A stretch of DNA of 64,000 bases from Pirellulales bacterium (GCA_040901675.1 JBBDYJ010000025.1:223943-287942), one strand, 5' to 3'; counted from the stretch's first letter, positions 31,457 through 41,785 are shown. A program made the numbers and translations. The notes: generated by a model from the sequence alone, not told the origin.

Positions 31457-31719
31457 TCGCCGAGAAGTTTACGGAGTCCCGCCAATTGTTGGCTGAATTC
31501 CGCGGGCGTCACAAGGTCTTCCGTGACGTGGTGTTGCTTAAGCAGCGCTTCGGTCTCGAACCGGTCAAGCCCTAAGGCCGTGGCAAGTTGATGATGGGAG
31601 AGCTTGTGCTGGCGGTAAAGCTCGACGAGGGCCGCTTCCTTGGCCGCCGCATCGAGATCAGCCACCTCCTGCCGCAAGTGCATCTCGATGGCGTCGGGCA
31701 ACTGGAATGAGATTGTCAT
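31453..31719 (-). CDS. UPF0175-family antitoxin
   Basis: ALVELYRQHKLS..QLA..LGLDRFE; ATGA overlap with the toxin. Confidence 0.82.
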   Translation of the reverse strand: MTISFQLPDAIEMHLRQEVADLDAAAKEAALVELYRQHKLSHHQLATALGLDRFETEALLKQHHVTEDLVTPAEFSQQLAGLRKLLGE

Positions 31720-31763
31720 GCGGCCTGATCTCCTTGAAACCAATGTAGCACAGTGACCAGGCG

Positions 31764-31835
31764 AGGAGAAGGCAGAAAGACGGAGCAGGAGAGACGCCCG
31801 GGGGGAGGGTCCCTGTTGTCGCCCGTTCTGCTACA
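31764..31835 (-). repeat. Dispersed repeat family C (intergenic copy)
   Basis: Reverse complement resembles the in-gene insertion at 20248-20309. Confidence 0.6.
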
Positions 31836-31851
31836 ACCTCCAGCCAGTTCG

Positions 31852-33561
31852 TCAATGCCGCAGGACTTTTCCCGGCCGGGCGCCCGTGTGGCGGCCGCGG
31901 TCGAGCACGACCGTGCCGTTGACCACGACCCATTCGATCCCTTCGCTGTACTGAAACGGATCGGTATACGTCGAACGGTCGCTGACTTTCTCGGCGTCGA
32001 AGATTGCCAGGTCGGCCGCCATGCCGGGGCGCAACAGGCCGCGGTCGGCAAGGCCGAGCTTGGCCGCATTGAGCGAGGTCATCTTGCGCACGGCGTCTTC
32101 CAGGCGCAGCAACTTCCGGTCGCGGACATACTCGCCCAGCACGCGTGGAAACGTGCCGAAGTTGCGGGGGTGCGGGTTGCCGCGCCGCAGCGGCCCCTCG
32201 ACCGCGTAGGCCGAGCCGTCGGAGCCGATCGAACACCAGGGCTGCACCAACGCCAGGTTCATGTCGTCTTCGGTGTGGTGCGCATAGACCGTGCCGACCG
32301 AGCCCGACTCTTCCAGCAACAGGTCGAACAGCTCGTCCAAAGCGTCGGCCGCCGGCTTGCCCTGGGCGCGCAAGGCCAGCACGCGGTCCATCGTCAGCCC
32401 TTTGAATCGATTCTCGGCGCTGACGAGCATCCGGCTCCAATCGCCGCCGACGGCCGTGTAGTGGTTGTACCAACCGTCGATGCCGTGGGTGATGTCGTGC
32501 TTGAGCCGCTTGCGGGTTTCCGGGTCCTTGAGCCGCTGGAGCATCTTGGCGGTGCCGCCTTCATGGGCCCAGGGCGGGATGATGCTCGACAGGTTGTTGT
32601 TGCCGCGCGTGTAGGGGTAGACGTTGGCCTGCACGTCCAGGCCGCCGAGCCGGGCCGACTCGATGAGCGCCACGACCTGGGGCATGCGGCCCCAGTATTG
32701 CTGGTCGGCAATCTTCAAGTGGATGATGTCGACGGGTAAACCGGCCCGGCGGCCGATCTCGATCGCTTCCTCGACGGCGTCGAACACGCCGGTTCCCTCG
32801 TTGCGGATGTGCGTGGAGTAGATGCCGCCGTGGCGGGCGGCCACCCGGCATAATTCGACGACCTCGTCGAGCGTGGCCAGCGAGCCGGGGGGCATTGCCA
32901 ACTGGCTCGACAGCCCGCGGGCGCCGTCGTCCATGGCCTCGGCCACGAGCTGCTTCATCTGGCGCATTTGCTCTTCGGTGGGCCGGTCGAAGGCGTTGCC
33001 CATCACCGACTGCCAGACGTTGTTCAGCCCGACGTACGAGGCGACGTTGACCGCGGTGCCCGACTGCTCGAGAGCGGTAAAGTAGGCGGCCAGCGTGGGC
33101 CAGCGACGGGCGGGGCCGGGGCCGCCGGGGGCGGGCGAGGCGAGGCGAGGCCCTCGATTCGGCCCGGCCGACTCGCCTTCGCCGAGGACCTCGGTGGTGA
33201 CGCCCTGGCGGATCTTGCTCTGGGCGTCGCCATCCTCGAGCAACAGGTAGTCGGAATGGGAGTGGATGTCGATGAAGCCCGGAGCGACGACGAAGCCCTG
33301 GGCGTCGATCTCGTGGGTTGCCTCGCCGGGCCCCACCCGGCCGACCGCCACGATGCGGCCGCCGCGGACGGCCACGTCGCCGCGGAACCACGGGTTGCCG
33401 GTGCCGTCGACGATGCGGCCGTTGCGAATCAGCAGGTCGTAGCGGGGCTTGGTGTCACCAGCGGGGGCCGTCTGCTGAGCCAGGACACGGGTAGCGGGCC
33501 CCGGGGCAAGCATCGCCAGCGAGGCCAAGACTGCGAAAAGACGCCGCCGGAAAGTGTTCAT
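31852..33561 (-). CDS. N-acyl-D-amino-acid deacylase (amidohydrolase) with signal peptide
   Basis: PGFIDIHSHSD, THIRNEG, HLK, IGSDG, HPRNFGTFPR. Confidence 0.9.
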   Translation of the reverse strand: MNTFRRRLFAVLASLAMLAPGPATRVLAQQTAPAGDTKPRYDLLIRNGRIVDGTGNPWFRGDVAVRGGRIVAVGRVGPGEATHEIDAQGFVVAPGFIDIHSHSDYLLLEDGDAQSKIRQGVTTEVLGEGESAGPNRGPRLASPAPGGPGPARRWPTLAAYFTALEQSGTAVNVASYVGLNNVWQSVMGNAFDRPTEEQMRQMKQLVAEAMDDGARGLSSQLAMPPGSLATLDEVVELCRVAARHGGIYSTHIRNEGTGVFDAVEEAIEIGRRAGLPVDIIHLKIADQQYWGRMPQVVALIESARLGGLDVQANVYPYTRGNNNLSSIIPPWAHEGGTAKMLQRLKDPETRKRLKHDITHGIDGWYNHYTAVGGDWSRMLVSAENRFKGLTMDRVLALRAQGKPAADALDELFDLLLEESGSVGTVYAHHTEDDMNLALVQPWCSIGSDGSAYAVEGPLRRGNPHPRNFGTFPRVLGEYVRDRKLLRLEDAVRKMTSLNAAKLGLADRGLLRPGMAADLAIFDAEKVSDRSTYTDPFQYSEGIEWVVVNGTVVLDRGRHTGARPGKVLRH

Positions 33562-33793
33562 CAGCGGTTCTCCGTCAGGTGCGCATTGATTCCGCGGAGG
33601 CGATTCTACCAGGCCGGTCCCGCGAGACGCCAATCCCGTCGATCCTCTTGGGCACCGGCGAGCGCGATCGGTCAATAGCCAGGGATTGAGCAAGTTCGGC
33701 GGCAGGATTCAGATATTGTAGCTCGTGGCAATCTTGCGTAGACTTCACAAGAGGGTTAGCTGAGGGCCTTTTGAAGCGACAATGCACGGTCCC

Positions 33794-34072
33794 ATGCCCA
33801 AACAAGTCAATCTGCGCACGACGGACGAGCCGCTCCGCGAGTTCGTTCAAGGGCTGGGCGATTTCCGCGAAACCCTGGAACTGGTCCTTGACGGCCACGT
33901 GCTGGCTAAGCTCATTCCAGCGACCGACCTCTCCGACGAGGAAAAACAACGCATCCTCGACGAAGGCTGGGACCTGGTTAAAGAGGCGCGGGCGCGTAAT
34001 GCGGGAGTCCCGGAAAGCGAGATCGCCAAGACGGTAGACGCGGCCGTCCGGCGCATCCGCTCCCAAGAATGA
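33794..34072 (+). CDS. Putative antitoxin
   Basis: Small ORF with ATGA overlap to a PIN gene; start 33782 or 33794. Confidence 0.65.
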   Translation: MPKQVNLRTTDEPLREFVQGLGDFRETLELVLDGHVLAKLIPATDLSDEEKQRILDEGWDLVKEARARNAGVPESEIAKTVDAAVRRIRSQE

Positions 34073-34500
34073 CGTCGGCCGTTGTCGACACAAACATTCT
34101 CGTCCGAGGTGCCATCGCCGCTCACCCGCAAAGCGCCAGCAAGCGGGTCGTCGACGCCTTCTTCGCCCAACGTTTCGCCCTCCTTTTGTCGCCGGACGCA
34201 CTGCTTGAAATCCAGCGGGTGCTGGCTGAGCCCGATGTCCGCGCCAAACATGGCTGGACGGATGATAAGATCGTTCGCTTCTGCCGGGCGCTGCAGGCCG
34301 GCGCTCTCATGCGTTACCCGACAGTCCTGGTCCCGCCGTCGATCACGCGCGATCTCACCGACACCAAGTGGGTCGCGTTGGCGCTCGCCACGGACGCGGA
34401 TTTCCTCATCACGCACGACCACCGGCATCTCCACCGGCTCCGGGTCGTCGGCCGTACGAAGATCGTGACGCCCGCCGCGTTCCTTCGGCAAATTATCTAG
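34069..34500 (+). CDS. PIN-domain toxin (PIN_3-like)
   Basis: AVVDTNILV, RD..D.K, ADFLITHD, IVTP..FL. Confidence 0.85.
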   Translation: MTSAVVDTNILVRGAIAAHPQSASKRVVDAFFAQRFALLLSPDALLEIQRVLAEPDVRAKHGWTDDKIVRFCRALQAGALMRYPTVLVPPSITRDLTDTKWVALALATDADFLITHDHRHLHRLRVVGRTKIVTPAAFLRQII

Positions 34501-34708
34501 CCGCCCGACAACTGTTTGGGGCAGTCTTAATTGTCGGTTTCGTTGGCCCCCCAACTCTGTGCCTGCGTGCGGCAAGATGCTACAAAGACGCGGCCGAGCG
34601 GCTGCCAGCGGCTGGTCGAACGGCGCAAGATTCGGCGCTGGGCGCCGAATGGGTAGCAGATGCTGCCCTCTCGCCAGAGCGCCTGAGGGCGGCGACAGTG
34701 GAGCGCGC

Positions 34709-35686
34709 ATGATTGTTTCCAGCGATTCGACCTCCTGCTCGACGCCGATCGACATCGAGGGGCTGCGCAAGACCTATCGTGACGGACTGTTCGGCCGGCG
34801 GCGAATCGAGGCCCTGCGGGGCGTTACCTTCCAGGTGGGACGAGGCGAGGTCTTCGGCCTGCTGGGACCCAACGGAGCCGGCAAGACGACGCTGATCAAG
34901 GTGCTGCTGGGCATTGTCCGGCGCAGCGGGGGCCGGGCTTCGCTGCTGGGCCGGCCGCCCGGCGACCGCCTGGGCCGCCGGCACGTCGGGTATTTGCCGG
35001 AGAATCACCGGATCCCGCGGCATCATACGGGCTATACGGCGCTTGAGTTCTACGGCAGCCTGAGCGGGCTGCCCGTGGCCGAGACGCGCCGCCGCCGGGA
35101 CGAGCTGTTGGAGCTGGTAGGCCTGAAGGGTTGGGGGCGGACGCCGATCCGCAAGTATTCCAAGGGCATGCAGCAGCGGCTCGGCCTGGCCCAGGCCTTG
35201 CTCCACGATCCGCAACTTTTGATGCTGGACGAGCCCACCGACGGAGTCGATCCGGTCGGCCGTTCCGAGATGCGCTCGCTGCTGGTGCGCTTGAAGGAGG
35301 CCGGCAAGACGATCTTCATCAACAGCCACCTGCTGCAGGAGATCGAGCTCGTGTGCGACCGCGTGGTGATCCTGGTGCGCGGCGAAGTCCGCGCGCAGGG
35401 CGGGATCGACGAGCTGACCGCCCTCGGCCAGACCGAAGTCCGCTTGACGCTGGCCGGCAACGAGCCGGACATCCGATCCGCGCTCGGCGACCGCCAGACG
35501 CGAGACTGGAGCGTCGACGACACTGGCCTCGTGTACGTGACCATGCTTGTGCCGGACCAGGCCGCCGTGGACCAGTGCGTCGACGATCTGCGGCGCCGAG
35601 GGGTGGGCATCGTGGAACTCCAGCGACGCCGGCAGACGCTGGAGGAAGCCTTTATCCAGCTCGTGAACAAGGGGGCTGCGCTATGA
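34709..35686 (+). CDS. ABC transporter ATP-binding protein
   Basis: GPNGAGKTT, YSKGMQQRLG, LDEPTDG. Confidence 0.92.
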   Translation: MIVSSDSTSCSTPIDIEGLRKTYRDGLFGRRRIEALRGVTFQVGRGEVFGLLGPNGAGKTTLIKVLLGIVRRSGGRASLLGRPPGDRLGRRHVGYLPENHRIPRHHTGYTALEFYGSLSGLPVAETRRRRDELLELVGLKGWGRTPIRKYSKGMQQRLGLAQALLHDPQLLMLDEPTDGVDPVGRSEMRSLLVRLKEAGKTIFINSHLLQEIELVCDRVVILVRGEVRAQGGIDELTALGQTEVRLTLAGNEPDIRSALGDRQTRDWSVDDTGLVYVTMLVPDQAAVDQCVDDLRRRGVGIVELQRRRQTLEEAFIQLVNKGAAL

Positions 35687-37977
35687 GGCCGTACCTGGCG
35701 GTCATCAAGGACTCGTTCCGCGAAGCACTCTCCTCGCGCGTGCTGTGGATCCTGTTGGTATTGGCGACGGTGCTGTTGCTGGTCATAGTGCCGGTAGGGT
35801 TGCACGAGCAGGCCGGCACGTCGATCCAGCCGCGCGACCTGATCGATGCCGCCGGACTGATCGGCAAGCTGAAGACGCAACAGGCGGCTCAGCGGCCGTC
35901 GCCCGGCAAGCAGGTCTGGTCGCTGTTGAGCGATGACCTGCAGAGCCGCATGAAAACGAGAGAGGAACCAGGCGGCGGCTGGCCGGGCCAAACGGTGTTT
36001 CAGCTCAGCCGGGAACTGGATGCCATGCTGGCGGAGCGCGAGTTGTACGACGCCTCCGCTTGGGACGGCGTCGAGCTAACCCCGGAGGCCGAGCAACTGC
36101 TGGAAAAGGGCGCCGAGCGTCTCGACGACCAGGAGTTGAAGCGACTCAATCGGCACCTTGTCCAGGCCGCGTTCCCGAACGAGATCGCCGCCAGCAGTCA
36201 GACCCAGACGAGCTTGACCTACCTAGGAATGCAGGCCCTGGGGCCTTTCTCCGTTCCGCGGGAGGCGTGGATCAACAGTGCGCTGATGACTTTCATCAGT
36301 TTCTTTGCCGGGACGATCGGCGTTTTCGCCGCGATCCTGGTAACCGCCTCGATCATTCCACAAACGTTCGACGCCGGCGCGATCGACCTGTTGTTGAGCA
36401 AACCGATTTCGCGGGCCCTGTTGTACGTGGCCAAATTCCTGGGCGGCTGCGCGTTTATCGCCATCAATGCCTTGTACCTGGTGGGTGGGTTGTGGCTGAT
36501 TGTCGGTCTGCGGTTTGGCACGTGGAGCACGAAGCTGCTCTGGTGCGTACCACTATTGATGTTCTTGTTTGCCATCTACTACTCGGTCTCGGCCCTGGCC
36601 GGCGTGGTGTGGAAAAACGCCATTGTGTCCGTGGTGATCAGCGTCTTGTTTTGGGCCATCTGTTTTACGGTGGGCACCGCCAAGACAATGATCGAGTTCA
36701 TCGCAATCAACCCGGCCCGGCTGATCAAGCTGGTGCCGGCCGGCGAGGCATTGCTGGCCGTGGACGAGGGGGGCGACACGTATGCTTGGGAGTCGAAAAG
36801 CCGGACATGGAAGAGCATCCTGGCGCCGGCGGGGAGCGAGAACCGGCCTCCGCGGATTCTCGCGCCTTCGCCACCGGTGGGGCCGCTCTACGACGCCGAA
36901 AACAAGCGACTGTTTGCCCTGCCGCCGCAGTATCAGCAATTCGGCCTCGGCCAGGCCCCGCGGTTGATCGTGGCCCAGGAGGCCGACTCGTGGAAGCGGG
37001 CCGATGGGATCAGTGCGCCGGGCGGGACGGCGGCCTTGTTGATGGAGCCGCGGGGGACGCTGCTGGCAGTGAGCCCAGCCGGAGTGTTTCGCCTCAAGGG
37101 CAACCCGACGGATACAGCCAAGCAGGTGAAGGTGCTGGGTTTCGATCTGCCGCTCGGTCCCGCGGGTGGCTCCTTCGCGCCGGCCGGCGATGCGATGCGG
37201 TTTCGCGTGCCGCTGGCGGCGGCCATCGACGCGCGGTCGGGAGACGTGGCGGTTTACGACGGCGAAAAGCTTTCCATCCTCACACCGGATACCAAAGGAA
37301 AGTACTCGGCGTCTGCCGAGCGGCAGTTCAAGGAGCCAGTCGGTGGCGTGCTGGCGTTGGGAGGCAGCGGCGTCGTGCTGGGACTGGCCGACGGGCGCTT
37401 GCGGATCTACCGCCGGAGCGGCTCGAATTCAAAGGTTGAGCTGGAACTCGTCGGCGAGCACCGACCCGAGGGGAAGAATGGCGCTCGTTCCGTCGAAGCC
37501 GGCAGCGACGGACGGTTCTTTGCCGTGCTGTTCCATCATCGCAAGCTGTGGCTGTACGACGCGCAGCGGAAAACCTTGGTGGAGCCGGACATTTCGCGGC
37601 AGGGAGATTTTTCTGCCGCGGTCTTAGCGGGTCCGGACCGGCTGCTGGCGGCGGACCGCGTCAAGCGTGTCAGCGAGTACACGGTCCCAGGCTTCGACCT
37701 GGTCTCGCGGCGCGAGCCGGCGGGCGCGTTGGTCGAGCGCATCTATCGGTACGGGGTCAAGCCGATTTACACGGTGTTCCCCAAGCCGGGTGAACTGGAC
37801 AACGTGGTCAATTATCTGCTGACCGACGAGGAGAGCGTCGCCACCGGACCCGACGCCGACGACCCGCGTGCCGCGCGGATGCGGCTCGACGTGTGGGGGC
37901 CCGTCTGGAGCAGCCTGGCGTTTATGGCCGTGATGGTCGGTCTCGGGGCGCTCTACACTCAGCGAAAAGATTTTTGA
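35683..37977 (+). CDS. ABC-2 type permease with large extracytoplasmic inserts
   Basis: IKDSFREA, IDLLLSKPISR..LY..KFLG, C-terminal TM ending QRKDF; ATGA overlap with the ATPase. Confidence 0.85.
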   Translation: MRPYLAVIKDSFREALSSRVLWILLVLATVLLLVIVPVGLHEQAGTSIQPRDLIDAAGLIGKLKTQQAAQRPSPGKQVWSLLSDDLQSRMKTREEPGGGWPGQTVFQLSRELDAMLAERELYDASAWDGVELTPEAEQLLEKGAERLDDQELKRLNRHLVQAAFPNEIAASSQTQTSLTYLGMQALGPFSVPREAWINSALMTFISFFAGTIGVFAAILVTASIIPQTFDAGAIDLLLSKPISRALLYVAKFLGGCAFIAINALYLVGGLWLIVGLRFGTWSTKLLWCVPLLMFLFAIYYSVSALAGVVWKNAIVSVVISVLFWAICFTVGTAKTMIEFIAINPARLIKLVPAGEALLAVDEGGDTYAWESKSRTWKSILAPAGSENRPPRILAPSPPVGPLYDAENKRLFALPPQYQQFGLGQAPRLIVAQEADSWKRADGISAPGGTAALLMEPRGTLLAVSPAGVFRLKGNPTDTAKQVKVLGFDLPLGPAGGSFAPAGDAMRFRVPLAAAIDARSGDVAVYDGEKLSILTPDTKGKYSASAERQFKEPVGGVLALGGSGVVLGLADGRLRIYRRSGSNSKVELELVGEHRPEGKNGARSVEAGSDGRFFAVLFHHRKLWLYDAQRKTLVEPDISRQGDFSAAVLAGPDRLLAADRVKRVSEYTVPGFDLVSRREPAGALVERIYRYGVKPIYTVFPKPGELDNVVNYLLTDEESVATGPDADDPRAARMRLDVWGPVWSSLAFMAVMVGLGALYTQRKDF

Positions 37978-38153
37978 GAGGGCGAAGCGCGCCTGCGAGG
38001 CATGGCCCCACGGCGCCTTGAAGGCCGCCCGGGCAGGCTGGCGGATGGCCAGTCCACCCGCGACCGGCTATACTGTGCCGCGATTGGTGTCTCAGCCAGT
38101 AGTGTTTCCGCGTCGAGCTGGCGCGCGTCCGGGTGGTGCGGGCTCATACAGCG

Positions 38154-39056
38154 ATGCGAACCGGCAGTCAATTCCGCCACGTCGTGTTTCCGCGCTGGAC
38201 CTGCAAGCATGGCGTGCTGGACCTGGTCCGTCCTGCGGAGCGAGCCCGGGCGGGCGTGGAAGCAAGGCGGGACTTGCCGCGCGAGGCGGCCGCGTTCGTC
38301 GAATGGCTGTTCGGCCAGGTCAACCTCGACGCACGAGCGTATCGGGCCGAGACGTTGCAGCGGCGGTTGTCCGCCTGCTTGCGCTTCCTGCGGGTAACCA
38401 GCCCCCAGCAAGCTCGCCGCTTGCTGGAAGACAATCCCGCCCTGACGGCTTCCGCCATCAGCAGCATGTTGGTGGGGGTGACGTCGTTCTTTCGCGACTC
38501 GGCGGTGTTCGAGGCCTTGCGGCAGCAGGTTTTGCAGCCTTTTTGCAATCGTTCCGGCCAGAGGATCGGACTGTACGCCTGGAGCATCGGCTGTTCAGAC
38601 GGCGCGGAATTGTACTCGCTGGCGCTGTTGATGGCCCAGATGGGTATCCTTTCGGGCAGCTACCTGCTGGGAACCGATTGCCGCCGGGATGCCATCGAAA
38701 AAGCCAAGGCCGGCTGCTACGACGCTGCCAGGTTGCGAGAGGTGCCCATGGAGATCAGGGCACGTTGGTTCTCGCGGCAGGACTCGCTTTGGCAGGTCGC
38801 CCCATTGCTCCGCCAGTCGAGCCGCTGGCGCGTGGCCAACATCATCGAAGTACGCGAGCCGGGCCTGTGGGACGTGATCCTGTTCCGCAACACCTCGATG
38901 TATCTCTGTTCGGATCGAATGGCCGGGCTGTGGCAGCAACTGGAAAACTCGCTGCGCCCCGGCGGAGTGCTGGTCCTGGGTAAAGCCGAACGCCCCCTGG
39001 GGAGCAAGCGGCTGTCGATGGTGGCACCCTGTATTTACCGGCGCGAGCGGAGGTGA
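38154..39056 (+). CDS. cheR: CheR-type protein-glutamate methyltransferase
   Basis: VTSFFRD, WSIGCSDGAELYSLA, GTD, DVILFRN, LRPGGVLVLGKAE; start uncertain. Confidence 0.85.
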   Translation: MRTGSQFRHVVFPRWTCKHGVLDLVRPAERARAGVEARRDLPREAAAFVEWLFGQVNLDARAYRAETLQRRLSACLRFLRVTSPQQARRLLEDNPALTASAISSMLVGVTSFFRDSAVFEALRQQVLQPFCNRSGQRIGLYAWSIGCSDGAELYSLALLMAQMGILSGSYLLGTDCRRDAIEKAKAGCYDAARLREVPMEIRARWFSRQDSLWQVAPLLRQSSRWRVANIIEVREPGLWDVILFRNTSMYLCSDRMAGLWQQLENSLRPGGVLVLGKAERPLGSKRLSMVAPCIYRRERR

Positions 39057-41674
39057 GCGTGGAGGCCGACTCCCCAGCGGTTGCCGGTTTGGCTTCGCGG
39101 CAAATTGTGGCGGCCGCGGCCTGGCTGCTGGTGGCGGCCACGGCCGCGGTCGACGTGCTGCTGCCCGGCAGCGTGGTCGTTGCGGTGCTGTTCACCTTGC
39201 CGCTGATTGTCTGCGGCGGCGTGGGCAGCACGGGCATGTTGTGGAGCATGACCGCCGCGGTCTTGACGTTGACGTTCGTCGACTATTTTGCGGGTGTCAG
39301 CTCGACCCAGGCGGCGCTGGAGTGGGCAGCCGTCGTGAACCGGTCGCTGGCCGCCTTCTTGTTGCTGCTGGTGGCGTCGATGGTCCACCTGCGGATTACG
39401 TCGGAAGCATCGCTGCGGCTGCAACAGCGGACGCTGGAGGCCCAGAACGCCGAGCTGGAGGAGCTCAACGAAGAGTTGAGTCAGCGGGAGGAGGAGATCG
39501 TCCGGCAGAACGAAGAGTTGCAGTCGCAAACCGAGGAGCTGGAGCGGCAGACCGAGGAGCTGCGGGTCACCAATGAGGATCTGGCCGGCCGGGAAAAGAC
39601 GCTGGAACAGTTGCTGGAGCTGTCGCGGTCGCTGACGGCCGAGATGCCGCGCAGCGAATTGTTGGACAAGATCTGCGAGACGTTGGGCCTGTTGACGACC
39701 AGCCTGGCCTCGGCGGTGCTGGAGCGGCGCGGCCATGAGCTGGAGGTGATCTGCCATCATGGCTTCGGGCCGGAAGGACTGAAATCGCAGATGCTGCCGT
39801 ATGCGCAGTCGTTCTCGTCGCTGATCCTGTCGATGGGCCAGACGGGCTACCTGGCCGATCTCGGCCAGCGGCCGGAGCTGGTGATTCCGCAGCCGAAGGA
39901 GGGAGACGCACTGCGTTCGGCGCTGGCCACGCCGCTGAAAGTACACGGGCGGTCGGTGGGCACGATCGAGATCTATTCGGCCGAACCGCGCGTGTGGGAC
40001 GACTCGCAAGTCGCCATGCTCGAGTCGCTGGCCGCGCAGACGGCGATCAGCCTGCACAACCGTGAGCTGCTGGAAGCCATCCAGCAGGAGCGGCGGCGGT
40101 TCGAGGCGGCATTTCGCACGGCGCCCTTCGGTTTGCTGGTCACCGACGACCCCCAGGGAGACGCCATCCATCTCAACCCGGCCGCAGCCGCAATGCTGGG
40201 CGTGCCCCTGGGAGAGAACATCGCGGCCTCGACCCCCACGGGCAGCCGATTGCGGCGAAGCATCTTTCGAGGGCACGAGCCGGTCAGCCCCGAGCGGTTG
40301 CCGTTGGCCCGGGCGCTGAAAGGTGAAGAAGTCCACGGCGAGGAGTTCGACGTGCGGTTGCCCAAGGGGCCCTCGGGTGGACTGGTGGTTTTGTGCTCGG
40401 CCGCGCCGATTTACGACGGGCAGGGGCGAATCGCCGGGGCGGTGGCCGCCTTCGCCGACATCACCACCCACAAGAGTCTGCTCAGGGAACTGGAGCTGCG
40501 GCGGAGAGAGGCCGAAGAGGCCAGCGTCCGCAAGACCCGCTTCCTGGCCGCCGTTTCGCACGACATCCGCACTCCGGCCAACGCGATCAGCCTGATGGCC
40601 GAGCTGATCCGGCGGTCGGCTGCCAACCCGCAGTTGGTCCAGGAGATCCCGGAGCTGGCCCAGCGGCTGCAAGCCAACACGCTGTCGCTGATGGAGCTGG
40701 TGAGCGACGTGCTCGACGTGGCGCGCTTCGACTCGGGCAAAGTCGAGCTGGTCGAAACCGAGTTTGCCCTGGCCGAGCTGATCGCCGACGAGTGCGGGCA
40801 GGTCGCGCCGCTGGCGCTCGACAAAGGCATCCGGCTGGTGTTCGAGCCGGCGGAGCGGCCCATCTGGCTGCACGCCGATCGCGTCAAGCTGGGGCGCATC
40901 CTGGGCAACCTGCTGAGCAACGCCATCAAGTTCACGCAGTCGGGCAGCGTGCAGGTGAGAATGGGAAGCGGGCCGCCACCCCAGCGGGAAGTGGAGCTGC
41001 TGGTCAGCGATACGGGAGTGGGAATCGCCCCCGAGCACTTGACGCTGATTTTCGACGAGTTCGCGCAACTGCACAACCCCGAGCGCGACCGGTCCAAGGG
41101 GACGGGCCTGGGATTGGCCATCTGCAAACGGCTGATTGAAGTGATGGGGGGCAGCATTTCGGTCCAAAGCACGTTGGACCAGGGCAGCACCTTCCGCATT
41201 GCCTTGCCGGCCTCGTGCGTCGCCATCCGATTGGCCGCTTCCTACGGCGCGCCCGGCCGGGAGACGAAGCCGCCGCGGCCAGGGCAGAGACCGGGCTTGA
41301 ATCTGCGGATCCTGCTGGTCGAGGATCACGCGACCACGCGGGAAGGCACCGGGCAGATCCTGCGCCAAGAAGGAGCCATCGTCGTCGAGGTTCCCAATGG
41401 GCGCTCGGCACTCGAGGCGCTCGAACAGTGCAGCCACGACGTGGTGCTGTTGGACATGATGCTGCCCGACATGGACGGCCGCGAGGTGCTCAAGGCCATT
41501 CAGAGCGATCCGCCGCCGGGATTAAAGGGAGTGGTCGTGCTGACCGGCGATCTCACCCAAGAGCGGCTGGCCGAGGTGAAGAAACTCGGCGCCGACGGGC
41601 TGATCGGCAAACCAATCGATGTCCGCAAAATGCTCGCCGCGCTGGAGGCTTACCAGGAGCGGCCGCTGCAGTAG
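39053..41674 (+). CDS. Membrane hybrid histidine kinase (TM-coiled coil-GAF-PAS-HisKA-HATPase-REC)
   Basis: SHDIRTP, NLLSNAIKFT, DTGVGI, GTGLGLAI, LLVED..LLDMMLP..K; GTGA overlap with cheR. Confidence 0.93.
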   Translation: MSVEADSPAVAGLASRQIVAAAAWLLVAATAAVDVLLPGSVVVAVLFTLPLIVCGGVGSTGMLWSMTAAVLTLTFVDYFAGVSSTQAALEWAAVVNRSLAAFLLLLVASMVHLRITSEASLRLQQRTLEAQNAELEELNEELSQREEEIVRQNEELQSQTEELERQTEELRVTNEDLAGREKTLEQLLELSRSLTAEMPRSELLDKICETLGLLTTSLASAVLERRGHELEVICHHGFGPEGLKSQMLPYAQSFSSLILSMGQTGYLADLGQRPELVIPQPKEGDALRSALATPLKVHGRSVGTIEIYSAEPRVWDDSQVAMLESLAAQTAISLHNRELLEAIQQERRRFEAAFRTAPFGLLVTDDPQGDAIHLNPAAAAMLGVPLGENIAASTPTGSRLRRSIFRGHEPVSPERLPLARALKGEEVHGEEFDVRLPKGPSGGLVVLCSAAPIYDGQGRIAGAVAAFADITTHKSLLRELELRRREAEEASVRKTRFLAAVSHDIRTPANAISLMAELIRRSAANPQLVQEIPELAQRLQANTLSLMELVSDVLDVARFDSGKVELVETEFALAELIADECGQVAPLALDKGIRLVFEPAERPIWLHADRVKLGRILGNLLSNAIKFTQSGSVQVRMGSGPPPQREVELLVSDTGVGIAPEHLTLIFDEFAQLHNPERDRSKGTGLGLAICKRLIEVMGGSISVQSTLDQGSTFRIALPASCVAIRLAASYGAPGRETKPPRPGQRPGLNLRILLVEDHATTREGTGQILRQEGAIVVEVPNGRSALEALEQCSHDVVLLDMMLPDMDGREVLKAIQSDPPPGLKGVVVLTGDLTQERLAEVKKLGADGLIGKPIDVRKMLAALEAYQERPLQ

Positions 41675-41752
41675 GACGCACGGCAAACTGTGCCACTGCT
41701 GGCATCACGCTCCGCAATGGTTCAGTCGAGCACTGCTTCTCGGCGGCGGGCT

Positions 41753-41785
41753 GGGTGGCTGGGGCAAAGCGATAAGCGTGCCCCA
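41753..41785 (+). repeat. REP family A copy
   Basis: gggtggctggggcaaagcgataagcgtgcccca. Confidence 0.85.

Noticed and set aside
35131..35682. Upstream extensions of the permease ORF (similarly tssM 26844, sufC 2482, sufD 5034, nuoB 1821)
   Set aside because: They overlap upstream genes or repeats; coupled or RBS-supported downstream starts fit better
38154..39056. Chemotaxis operon
   Set aside because: No cheA, cheW, cheY, cheB or MCP genes in the window
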